The notes under the pieces are model-generated. The model saw only the letters and a list, made by a program, of their open reading frames with translations, did not search any database and was not told the DNA's origin. DNA of 64,000 nucleotides, from assembly GCF_009914755.1 (NCBI RefSeq), contig NC_060944.1, one strand, 5' to 3'. The position numbers and the translations under genes are program-made. Of this stretch, positions 53,885 to 64,000 are shown in pieces (within the stretch, counting starts at the first letter, position 1; each line of letters opens with the position of its first letter). The stretch comes from the human T2T-CHM13v2.0 reference genome, Homo sapiens.

Positions 53885-56596
53885 AGTGGACATTTGGAGC
53901 GCTTTCAGGCCTATGTTGAAAAAGGAAATATCTTCCCATAAAAACTAGACGGAAGCATTCTCAGAAACTTATTTGTGATGTGTTTGCTCAACTAACAGGA
54001 TTGAACCATCGTTTTGAAAGAGCAGTTTTGAAACACTGTTTTCGTGGAATCTGCAAGTGGATATTTGGCTAGCTTTGAGGATTTCGTTGGAAACGGGATT
54101 ACATATAAAAAGGAGACAGCAGCATTCTCAGAAACTTCTTTGTGATGTCTGCATTCAATTCACAGAGTTGAGCATTCCCTTTCATAGAGCAGGTTGGAAA
54201 CACTCTTTTTGTAGTATCTGGATGAGGACATTTGGAGCGCTTTCAGGCGTATGGTGAAAAAGGAAATATCTTCCCGTAAAAACTAGACAGAAGCATTCTC
54301 AGAAGTTTATTTGTGATGTGTGCCCTCAACTAACAGAGTTGAACCTTTCTTTTGATAGAGCAGTTTTGAAACACTCTTTTTGTAAAATCTGCAAGAGGAT
54401 ATTTGGATAGCTTTGAGGATTTCGTTGCAAACGGGAATGGCTTCATATAAACTCTAGACAGAAGCATTCTCAGAAACTTCGTTGGGATGTTTCGATTGAA
54501 GTCCCAGTGTTGAACATTCCCTTTTATAGAGCAGGTTGGAAACACTCTTTCTGCATTCCCTGGAAGTGGACATTTGGAGCGCTTTCAGGACGACGGTGAA
54601 AATGGAAATATCTTCCAAGAAAATCTAGATAGAAGCAACGTCAGAAACTTTTATGTGATGGATCTACTCAGCTAACAGAGTTGAACCTTTCTTTTGAGAG
54701 AGCAGTTTTGCAACACTCTTTTTGTGGAATATGCAAGTGGATATTAGGGCAGCTTTGAGGATTTCGTTGGAAACGGGAATACATGTAAAAAGCAGACAGC
54801 AGCATTCTCAGAAACTTCTTTGTGATGTTTGCATTGAAGTCACAGAGTTGAACATTCCCTTTGAGAGAGCAGGTTTGAAACACGCCTTTTGTCATATCTG
54901 GAATTGTCCATTCGGAGCGCATTCAGGCTTGTGTTGAAAAAGGAAATATCCTCCCAGAAAAACTAGACAGAAGCATTCTCAGAAACTTATCTGTGATGTA
55001 TGTACTCAACTAACAGAACTAAACCATCGTTTTGAAGGAGCAGTTTTGAAACACTCTTTTTGCGGAATCTGCAAGTGGATATTTGGCTAGCTGGGAGGAT
55101 TTCGTTGGAAACGGGATTACATACAAAAAGCAGAGAGCAGCATTCTCAGAAACTTCTTTGTGATGTTTGCATTCAAGTCACAGAGTTGAACATTCCCTTT
55201 CATAGAGCAGGTTTGAAACACTCTTTTTGTAGTATCTGGAAGTGGACATTTGGAGCGCTTTCAGGCCTATGTTGAAAAAGGAAATATCTTCCCATAAAAA
55301 CTAGACGGAAGCATTCTCAGAAACTTATTTGTGATGTGTTTGCTCAACTAACAGGATTGAACCATCGTTTTGAAGGAGCAGTTTTGAAACACTGTTTTCG
55401 TGGAATCTGCAAGTGGATATTTGGCTAGCTTTGAGGATTTCGTTGGAAACGGGATTACATATAAAAAGGAGACAGCAGCATTCTCAGAAACTTCTTTGTG
55501 ATGTCTGCATTCAATTCACAGAGTTGAGCATTCCCTTTCATAGAGCAGGTTGGAAACACTCTTTTTGTAGTATCTGGATGAGGACATTTGGAGCGCTTTC
55601 AGGCGTATGGTGAAAAAGGAAATATCTTCCCGTAAAAACTAGACAGAAGCATTCTCAGAAGTTTATTTGTGATGTGTGCCCTCAACTAACAGAGTTGAAC
55701 CTTTCTTTTGATAGAGCAGTTTTGAAACACTCTTTTTGTAAAATCTGCAAGAGGATATTTGGATAGTTTTGAGGATTTCGTTGCAAACGGGAATGGCTTC
55801 ATATAAACTCTAGACAGAAGCATTCTCAGAAACTTCGTTGGGATGTTTCGATTGAAGTCCCAGTGTTGAACATTCCCTTTTATAGAGCAGGTTGGAAACA
55901 CTCTTTCTGCATTCCCTGGAAGTGGACATTTGGAGCGCTTTCAGGACGACGGTGAAAATGGAAATATCTTCCAAGAAAATCTAGATAGAAGCAATGTCAG
56001 AAACTTTTATGTGATGGATCTACTCAGCTAACAGAGTTGAACCTTTCTTTTGAGAGAGCAGTTTTGCAACACTCTTTTTGTGGAATATGCAAGTGGATAT
56101 TAGGGCAGCTTTGAGGATTTCGTTGGAAACGGGAATACATGTAAAAAGCAGACAGCAGCATTCTCAGAAACTTCTTTGTGATGTTTGCATTGAAGTCACA
56201 GAGTTGAACATTCCCTTTGAGAGAGCAGGTTTGAAACACGCCTTTTGTCATATCTGGAAGTGTCCATTCGGAGCGCATTCAGGCTTGTGTTGAAAAAGGA
56301 AATATCCTCCCAGAAAAACTAGACAGAAGCATTCTCAGAAACTTATTTGTGATGTATGTACTCAACTAACAGAACTAAACCATCGTTTTGAAGGAGCAGT
56401 TTTGAAACACTCTTTTTGCGGAATCTGCAAGTGGATATTTGGCTAGCTGGGAGGATTTCGTTGGAAACGGGATTACATACAAAAAGCAGAGAGCAGCATT
56501 CTCAGAAACTTCTTTGTGATGTTTGCATTCAAGTCACAGAGTTGAACATTCCCTTTCATAGAGCAGGTTTGAAACACTCTTTTTGTAGTATCTGGA
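53885..56596 (+). repeat. Tandem 2 x 1,356-bp 8-mer (HOR variant 2); junction within 55212-55240
   Basis: Anchor step 53021->57096 is 4,075; same hybrid monomer. Confidence 0.95.
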
Positions 56597-57959
56597 TGTG
56601 GACATTTGGATCGCTTTCAGGCCTATGGTGAAAAAGGAAATATCTTCCCATGAAAACTAGACAGAAGCATTCTCAGAAACTTATTTGTGATGTGTGCCCT
56701 CAACTGACAGTGTTGAACCTTTGTTTTGATAGAGCAGTTCTGAAACACACTTTTTGTAAAATCTGCAAGAGGATATTTGGATAGCTTTGAGGATTTCGTT
56801 GGAAACGGGAATGTCTTCATGTAAACTCTAGACAGAAGCATTCTCAGAAACTGCTTTGGGATGTTTCAATTGAAGTCCCAGTGTTGAACATTCCCTTTCA
56901 TAGAGCAGGTTTGAAACACTCTTTTTGTACTATCTGGAAGTGGACATTTGGAGCGCTTTCAGGTCTACGGTGAAAAAGGAGATATCTTCCAATAAAAACT
57001 AGATAGAAGCAATGTCAGAACTTTTTTCATGATGTATCTACTCAGCAAACAGAGTTGAACCTTTCTTTTGAGAGAGCAGTTTTGAAACACTCTTTTTGTG
57101 GAATATGCAAGTGGGTATTAGGCCAGCTTGGAGGATTTCGTTGGAAACGGGAATACGTATAAAAAGCAGACAGCAGCATTGTCAGAAACTACTTTGTGAT
57201 GTTTGCATTCAAGTCACAGAATTGAACACTCCCTTTCACAGAGCAGGTTTGAAACACTCTTTTTGTAGTGTCTGTAAGTGAACATTTGGATTGCTTTCAG
57301 GCCTAAGGTGAAAAAGGAAATATCTTCCCATAAAAACTAGACAGAAGCATTCTCAGAAACTTGTTTGTGATGTGTGCCCTCTACTGACAGAGTTGAAGCT
57401 TTCTTTGCAAAGAGCAGTTTTGAAACACTCTTTTTGTAGAATCTGCAAGAGGATATTTGGATAGCTTTGAGGATTTCTTGGGAAACGGGAATGTCTTCAG
57501 ATAAACTCTAGACAGAAGCATTCTCAGAAACTTCTTTGGGATGTTTCAATTGAAGTCACAGTGTTGAACATTCCCTTTCACAGAGCAGGTTTGAAACACT
57601 CTTTTTGTAGTGTCTATAAGTGAACATTTGGCGTGCTTTCAGGCCTAACGTGAAAAAGGAAATATCTTCCCATAAAAACTAGACAGAAGCATTCTCAGAA
57701 ACTTGTTCTTGATGTGTCCCCTCTACTGACAGAGTTGAACCTTTCTTTGCAAAGAGCAGCTTTGAAACACTCTTTTTGTAGAATCTGCAAGAGGATATTT
57801 GGATAGCTTGGAGGATTTCGTTGGAAACGGGTATGTCTTCAGATAAACTCTAGACAGAAGCATTCTCAGAAACTTCTTTGGGATGTTGCATTCAAGTCAC
57901 AGAGTAGAACATTCCCATTCATAGAGCAGATTTGAAACACTCTTTTTGTAGTATCTGGA

Positions 57960-60671
57960 AGTGGACATTTGGAGCGCTTTCAGGCCTATGTTGAAAAAGG
58001 AAATATCTTCCCATAAAAACTAGACGGAAGCATTCTCAGAAACTTATTTGTGATGTGTTTGCTCAACTAACAGGATTGAACCATCGTTTTGAAGGAGCAG
58101 TTTTGCAACACTGTTTTCGTGGAATCTGCAAGTGGATATTTGGCTAGCTTTGAGGATTTCGTTGGAAACGGGATTACATATAAAAAGGAGACAGCAGCAT
58201 TCTCAGAAACTTCTTTGTGATGTCTGCATTCAATTCACAGAGTTGAGCATTCCCTTTCATAGAGCAGGTTGGAAACACTCTTTTTGTAGTATCTGGATGA
58301 GGACATTTGGAGCGCTTTCAGGCGTATGGTGAAAAAGGAAATATCTTCCCGTAAAAACTAGACAGAAGCATTCTCAGAAGTTTATTTGTGATGTGTGCCC
58401 TCAACTAACAGAGTTGAACCTTTCTTTTGATAGAGCAGTTTTGAAACACTCTTTTTGTAAAATCTGCAAGAGGATATTTGGATAGCTTTGAGGATTTCGT
58501 TGCAAACGGGAATGGCTTCATATAAACTCTAGACAGAAGCATTCTCAGAAACTTCGTTGGGATGTTTCGATTGAAGTCCCAGTGTTGAACATTCCCTTTT
58601 ATAGAGCAGGTTGGAAACACTCTTTCTGCATTCCCTGGAAGTGGACATTTGGAGCGCTTTCAGGACGACGGTGAAAATGGAAATATCTTCCAAGAAAATC
58701 TAGATAGAAGCAATGTCAGAAACTTTTATGTGATGGATCTACTCAGCTAACAGAGTTGAACCTTTCTTTTGAGAGAGCAGTTTTGCAACACTCTTTTTGT
58801 GGAATATGCAAGTGGATATTAGGGCAGCTTTGAGGATTTCGTTGGAAACGGGAATACATGTAAAAAGCAGACAGCAGCATTCTCAGAAACTTCTTTGTGA
58901 TGTTTGCATTGAAGTCACAGAGTTGAACATTCCCTTTGAGAGAGCAGGTTTGAAACACGCCTTTTGTCATATCTGGAATTGTCCATTCGGAGCGCATTCA
59001 GGCTTGTGTTGAAAAAGGAAATATCCTCCCAGAAAAACTAGACAGAAGCATTCTCAGAAACTTATGTGTGATGTATGTACTCAACTAACAGAACTAAACC
59101 ATCGTTTTGAAGGAGCAGTTTTGAAACACTCTTTTTGCGGAATCTGCAAGTGGATATTTGGCTAGCTGGGAGGATTTCGTTGGAAACGGGATTACATACA
59201 AAAAGCAGAGAGCAGCATTCTCAGAAACTTCTTTGTGATGTTTGCATTCAAGTCACAGAGTTGAACATTCCCTTTCATAGAGCAGGTTTGAAACACTCTT
59301 TTTGTAGTATCTGGAAGTGGACATTTGGAGCGCTTTCAGGCCTATGTTGAAAAAGGAAATATCTTCCCATAAAAACTAGACGGAAGCATTCTCAGAAACT
59401 TATTTGTGATGTGTTTGCTCAACTAACAGGATTGAACCATCGTTTTGAAGGAGCAGTTTTGAAACACTGTTTTCGTGGAATCTGCAAGTGGATATTTGGC
59501 TAGCTTTGAGGATTTCGTTGGAAACGGGATTACATATAAAAAGGAGACAGCAGCATTCTCAGAAACTTCTTTGTGATGTCTGCATTCAATTCACAGAGTT
59601 GAGCATTCCCTTTCATAGAGCAGGTTGGAAACACTCTTTTTGTAGTATCTGGATGAGGACATTTGGAGCGCTTTCAGGCGTATGGTGAAAAAGGAAATAT
59701 CTTCCCGTAAAAACTAGACAGAAGCATTCTCAGAAGTTTATTTGTGATGTGTGCCCTCAACTAACAGAGTTGAACCTTTCTTTTGATAGAGCAGTTTTGA
59801 AACACTCTTTTTGTAAAATCTGCAAGAGGATATTTGGATAGTTTTGAGGATTTCGTTGCAAACGGGAATGGCTTCATATAAACTCTAGACAGAAGCATTC
59901 TCAGAAACTTCGTTGGGATGTTTCGATTGAAGTCCCAGTGTTGAACATTCCCTTTTATAGAGCAGGTTGGAAACACTCTTTCTGCATTCCCTGGAAGTGG
60001 ACATTTGGAGCGCTTTCAGGACGACGGTGAAAATGGAAATATCTTCCAAGAAAATCTAGATAGAAGCAATGTCAGAAACTTTTATGTGATGGATCTACTC
60101 AGCTAACAGAGTTGAACCTTTCTTTTGAGAGAGCAGTTTTGCAACACTCTTTTTGTGGAATATGCAAGTGGATATTAGGGCAGCTTTGAGGATTTCGTTG
60201 GAAACGGGAATACATGTAAAAAGCAGACAGCAGCATTCTCAGAAACTTCTTTGTGATGTTTGCATTGAAGTCACAGAGTTGAACATTCCCTTTGAGAGAG
60301 CAGGTTTGAAACACGCCTTTTGTCATATCTGGAAGTGTCCATTCGGAGCGCATTCAGGCTTGTGTTGAAAAAGGAAATATCCTCCCATAAAAACTAGACA
60401 GAAGCATTCTCAGAAACTTATCTGTGATGTATGTACTCAACTAACAGAACTAAACCATCGTTTTGAAGGAGCAGTTTTGAAACACTCTTTTTGCGGAATC
60501 TGCAAGTGGATATTTGGCTAGCTGGGAGGATTTCGTTGGAAACGGGATTACATACAAAAAGCAGAGAGCAGCATTCTCAGAAACTTCTTTGTGATGTTTG
60601 CATTCAAGTCACAGAGTTGAACATTCCCTTTCATAGAGCAGGTTTGAAACACTCTTTTTGTAGTATCTGGA
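57960..60671 (+). repeat. Tandem 2 x 1,356-bp 8-mer (HOR variant 3); junction within 59287-59315
   Basis: Anchor step 57096->61171 is 4,075; same hybrid monomer. Confidence 0.95.
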
Positions 60672-63600
60672 TGTGGACATTTGGATCGCTTTCAGGCCTA
60701 TGGTGAAAAAGGAAATATCTTCCCATGAAAACTAGACAGAAGCATTCTCAGAAACTTATTTGTGATGTGTGCCCTCAACTGACAGTGTTGAACCTTTGTT
60801 TTGATAGAGCAGTTCTGAAACACACTTTTTGTAAAATCTGCAAGAGGATATTTGGATAGCTTTGAGGATTTCGTTCGAAACGGGAATGTCTTCATGTAAA
60901 CTCTAGACAGAAGCATTCTCAGAAACTGCTTTGGGATGTTTCAATTGAAGTCCCAGTGTTGAACATTCCCTTTCATAGAGCAGGTTTGAAACACTCTTTT
61001 TGTACTATCTGGAAGTGGACATTTGGAGCGCTTTCAGGTCTACGGTGAAAAAGGAGATATCTTCCAATAAAAACTAGATAGAAGCAATGTCAGAACTTTT
61101 TTCATGATGTATCTACTCAGCAAACAGAGTTGAACCTTTCTTTTGAGAGAGCAGTTTTGAAACACTCTTTTTGTGGAATATGCAAGTGGGTATTAGGCCA
61201 GCTTGGAGGATTTCGTTGGAAACGGGAATACGTATAAAAAGCAGACAGCAGCATTGTCAGAAACTACTTTGTGATGTTTGCATTCAAGTCACAGAATTGA
61301 ACACTCCCTTTCACAGAGCAGGTTTGAAACACTCTTTTTGTAGTGTCTGTAAGTGAACATTTGGATTGCTTTCAGGCCTAAGGTGAAAAAGGAAATATCT
61401 TCCCATAAAAACTAGACAGAAGCATTCTCAGAAACTTGTTTGTGATGTGTGCCCTCTACTGACAGAGTTGAAGCTTTCTTTGCAAAGAGCAGTTTTGAAA
61501 CACTCTTTTTGTAGAATCTGCAAGAGGATATTTGGATAGCTTTGAGGATTTCTTGGGAAACGGGAATGTCTTCAGATAAACTCTAGACAGAAGCATTCTC
61601 AGAAACTTCTTTGGGATGTTTCAATTGAAGTCACAGTGTTGAACATTCCCTTTCACAGAGCAGGTTTGAAACACTCTTTTTGTAGTGTCTATAAGTGAAC
61701 ATTTGGCGTGCTTTCAGGCCTAACGTGAAAAAGGAAATATCTTCCCATAAAAGCTAGACAGAAGCATTCTCAGAAACTTGTTCTTGATGTGTCCCCTCTA
61801 CTGACAGAGTTGAACCTTTCTTTGCAAAGAGCAGCTTTGAAACACTCTTTTTGTAGAATCTGCAAGAGGATATTTGGATAGCTTGGAGGATTTCGTTGGA
61901 AACGGGTATGTCTTCAGATAAACTCTAGACAGAAGCATTCTCAGAAACTTCTTTGGGATGTTGCATTCAAGTCACAGAGTAGAACATTCCCATTCATAGA
62001 GCAGATTTGAAACACTCTTTTTGTAGTATCTGGAAGTGGACATTTGGAGCGCTTTCAGGCCTATGTTGAAAAAGGAAATATCTTCCCATAAAAACTAGAC
62101 GGAAGCATTCTCAGAAACTTATTTGTGATGTGTTTGCTCAACTAACAGGATTGAACCATCGTTTTGAAGGAGCAGTTTTGAAACACTGTTTTCGTGGAAT
62201 CTGCAAGTGGATATTTGGCTAGCTTTGAGGATTTCGTTGGAAACGGGATTACATATAAAAAGGAGACAGCAGCATTCTCAGAAACTTCTTTGTGATGTCT
62301 GCATTCAATTCACAGAGTTGAGCATTCCCTTTCATAGAGCAGGTTGGAAACACTCTTTTTGTAGTATCTGGATGAGGACATTTGGAGCGCTTTCAGGCGT
62401 ATGGTGAAAAAGGAAATATCTTCCCATAAAAACTAGACAGAAGCATTCTCAGAAGTTTATTTGTGATGTGTGCCCTCAACTAACAGAGTCGAACCTTTCT
62501 TTTGATAGAGCAGTTTTGAAACACTCTTTTTGTAAAATCTGCAAGAGGATATTTGGATAGCTTTGAGGATTTCGTTGCAAACGGGAATGGCTTCATATAA
62601 ACTCTAGACAGAAGCATTCTCAGAAACTTCGTTGGGATGTTTCGATTGAAGTCCCAGTGTTGAACATTCCCTTTTATAGAGCAGGTTGGAAACACTCTTT
62701 CTGCATTCCCTGGAAGTGGACATTTGGAGCGCTTTCAGGACGACGGTGAAAATGGAAATATCTTCCAAGAAAATCTAGATAGAAGCAATGTCAGAAACTT
62801 TTATGTGATGGATCTACTCAGCTAACAGAGTTGAACCTTTCTTTTGAGAGAGCAGTTTTGCAACACTCTTTTTGTGGAATATGCAAGTGGATATTAGGGC
62901 AGCTTTGAGGATTTCGTTGGAAACGGGAATACATGTAAAAAGCAGACAGCAGCATTCTCAGAAACTTCTTTGTGATGTTTGCATTGAAGTCACAGAGTTG
63001 AACATTCCCTTTGAGAGAGCAGGTTTGAAACACGCCTTTTGTCATATCTGGAAGTGTCCATTCGGAGCGCATTCAGGCTTGTGTTGAAAAAGGAAATATC
63101 CTCCCAGAAAAACTAGACAGAAGCATTCTCAGAAACTTATCTGTGATGTATGTACTCAACTAACAGAACTAAACCATCGTTTTGAAGGAGCAGTTTTGAA
63201 ACACTCATTTTGCGGAATCTGCAAGTGGATATTTGGCTAGCTGGGAGGATTTCGTTGGAAACGGGATTACATACAAAAAGCAGACAGCAGCATTCTCAGA
63301 AACTTCTTTGTGATGTTTGCATTCAAGTCACAGAGTTGAACATTCCCTTTCATAGAGCAGGTTTGAAACACTCTTTTTGTAGTATCTGGATGTGGACATT
63401 TGGATCGCTTTCAGGCCTATGGTGAAAAAGGAAATATCTTCCCATGAAAACTAGACAGAAGCATTCTCAGAAACTTATTTGTGATGTGTGCCCTCAACTG
63501 ACAGTGTTGAACCTTTGTTTTGATAGAGCAGTTCTGAAACACACTTTTTGTAAAATCTGCAAGAGGATATTTGGATAGCTTTGAGGATTTCGTTCGAAAC

Positions 63601-64000
63601 GGGAATGTCTTCATGTAAACTCTAGACAGAAGCATTCTCAGAAACTGCTTTGGGATGTTTCAATTGAAGTCCCAGTGTTGAACATTCCCTTTCATAGAGC
63701 AGGTTTGAAACACTCTTTTTGTACTATCTGGAAGTGGACATTTGGAGCGCTTTCAGGTCTACGGTGAAAAAGGAGATATCTTCCAATAAAAACTAGATAG
63801 AAGCAATGTCAGAACTTTTTTCATGATGTATCTACTCAGCAAACAGAGTTGAACCTTTCTTTTGAGAGAGCAGTTTTGAAACACTCTTTTTGTGGAATAT
63901 GCAAGTGGGTATTAGGCCAGCTTGGAGGATTTCGTTGGAAACGGGAATACGTATAAAAAGCAGACAGCAGCATTGTCAGAAACTACTTTGTGATGTTTGC

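Larger units (their letters stand above)
1..64000 (+). repeat. Centromeric alpha-satellite HOR array, SF2-type dimeric (D1/D2); probably human chr20 D20Z2 / S2C20H1L
   Basis: Continuous ~170-bp monomers with alphoid hallmarks (CATTCTCAGAAACT, GAGTTGAAC, TTTGAAACACTCTTTTTGT, CENP-B box in every second monomer). The A-monomer text CATTCCCTTTCATAGAGCAGGTTTGAAACACTCTTTTTGTAGTATCTGGAAGTGGACATTTGGAGCGCTTTCAGGCCTATGGTGAAAAAGG resembles the SF2 consensus. Alpha-satellite identity is near certain; the chromosome assignment rests on recalled HOR sizes (about 0.75). Confidence 0.98.

Noticed and set aside
344-63635. Numerous 61-96 aa ORFs on both strands (MWNMQV..., MLLSRVY..., MRSEW...)
   Set aside because: They are translations of alpha-satellite monomers recurring with the HOR period. 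Many start at TTG/GTG, they overlap on opposite strands, show no recognisable domain and are opened or closed by single SNVs.
1-64000. CRISPR-like or prokaryotic repeat-spacer system
   Set aside because: The sequence between conserved motifs is itself repeated, there are no unique spacers or cas genes, and the DNA is clearly alphoid.
1-64000. Inversion or L1/Alu insertion
   Set aside because: All period lengths are explained by 2,719, -342, +2 or +1,356 bp; motifs stay on one strand; no poly(A) tail or foreign sequence was seen.

Overview
The whole 64-kb window is one uninterrupted, head-to-tail array of primate centromeric alpha-satellite DNA: about 170-bp monomers, roughly 376 of them, all in one orientation. 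The monomers alternate between a CENP-B-box type and an A-box (pJalpha) type and look like suprachromosomal family 2 (D1/D2). They form a highly homogeneous 2,719-bp, 16-monomer higher-order repeat (HOR). A 16-mer SF2 HOR best fits the human chr20 live array D20Z2 (S2C20H1L); this is from recall and was not searched. The window has 22 complete repeat periods plus a partial one: 17 of 2,719 bp, one of 2,721 bp, one 14-mer deletion variant (2,377 bp) and three periods with an extra 8-mer (4,075 bp). I see no genes, RNA genes, transposon insertions, inversions or CRISPR arrays. The ORF track is a by-product of translating the repeat. I found no new protein-coding system. The informative signal is array evolution: mappable crossover windows, a 6+6+2+2 internal ancestry of the HOR, multi-HOR haplotype blocks, gene-conversion signatures and CENP-B box variants. 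All variants were read by eye, so the counts are lower bounds.
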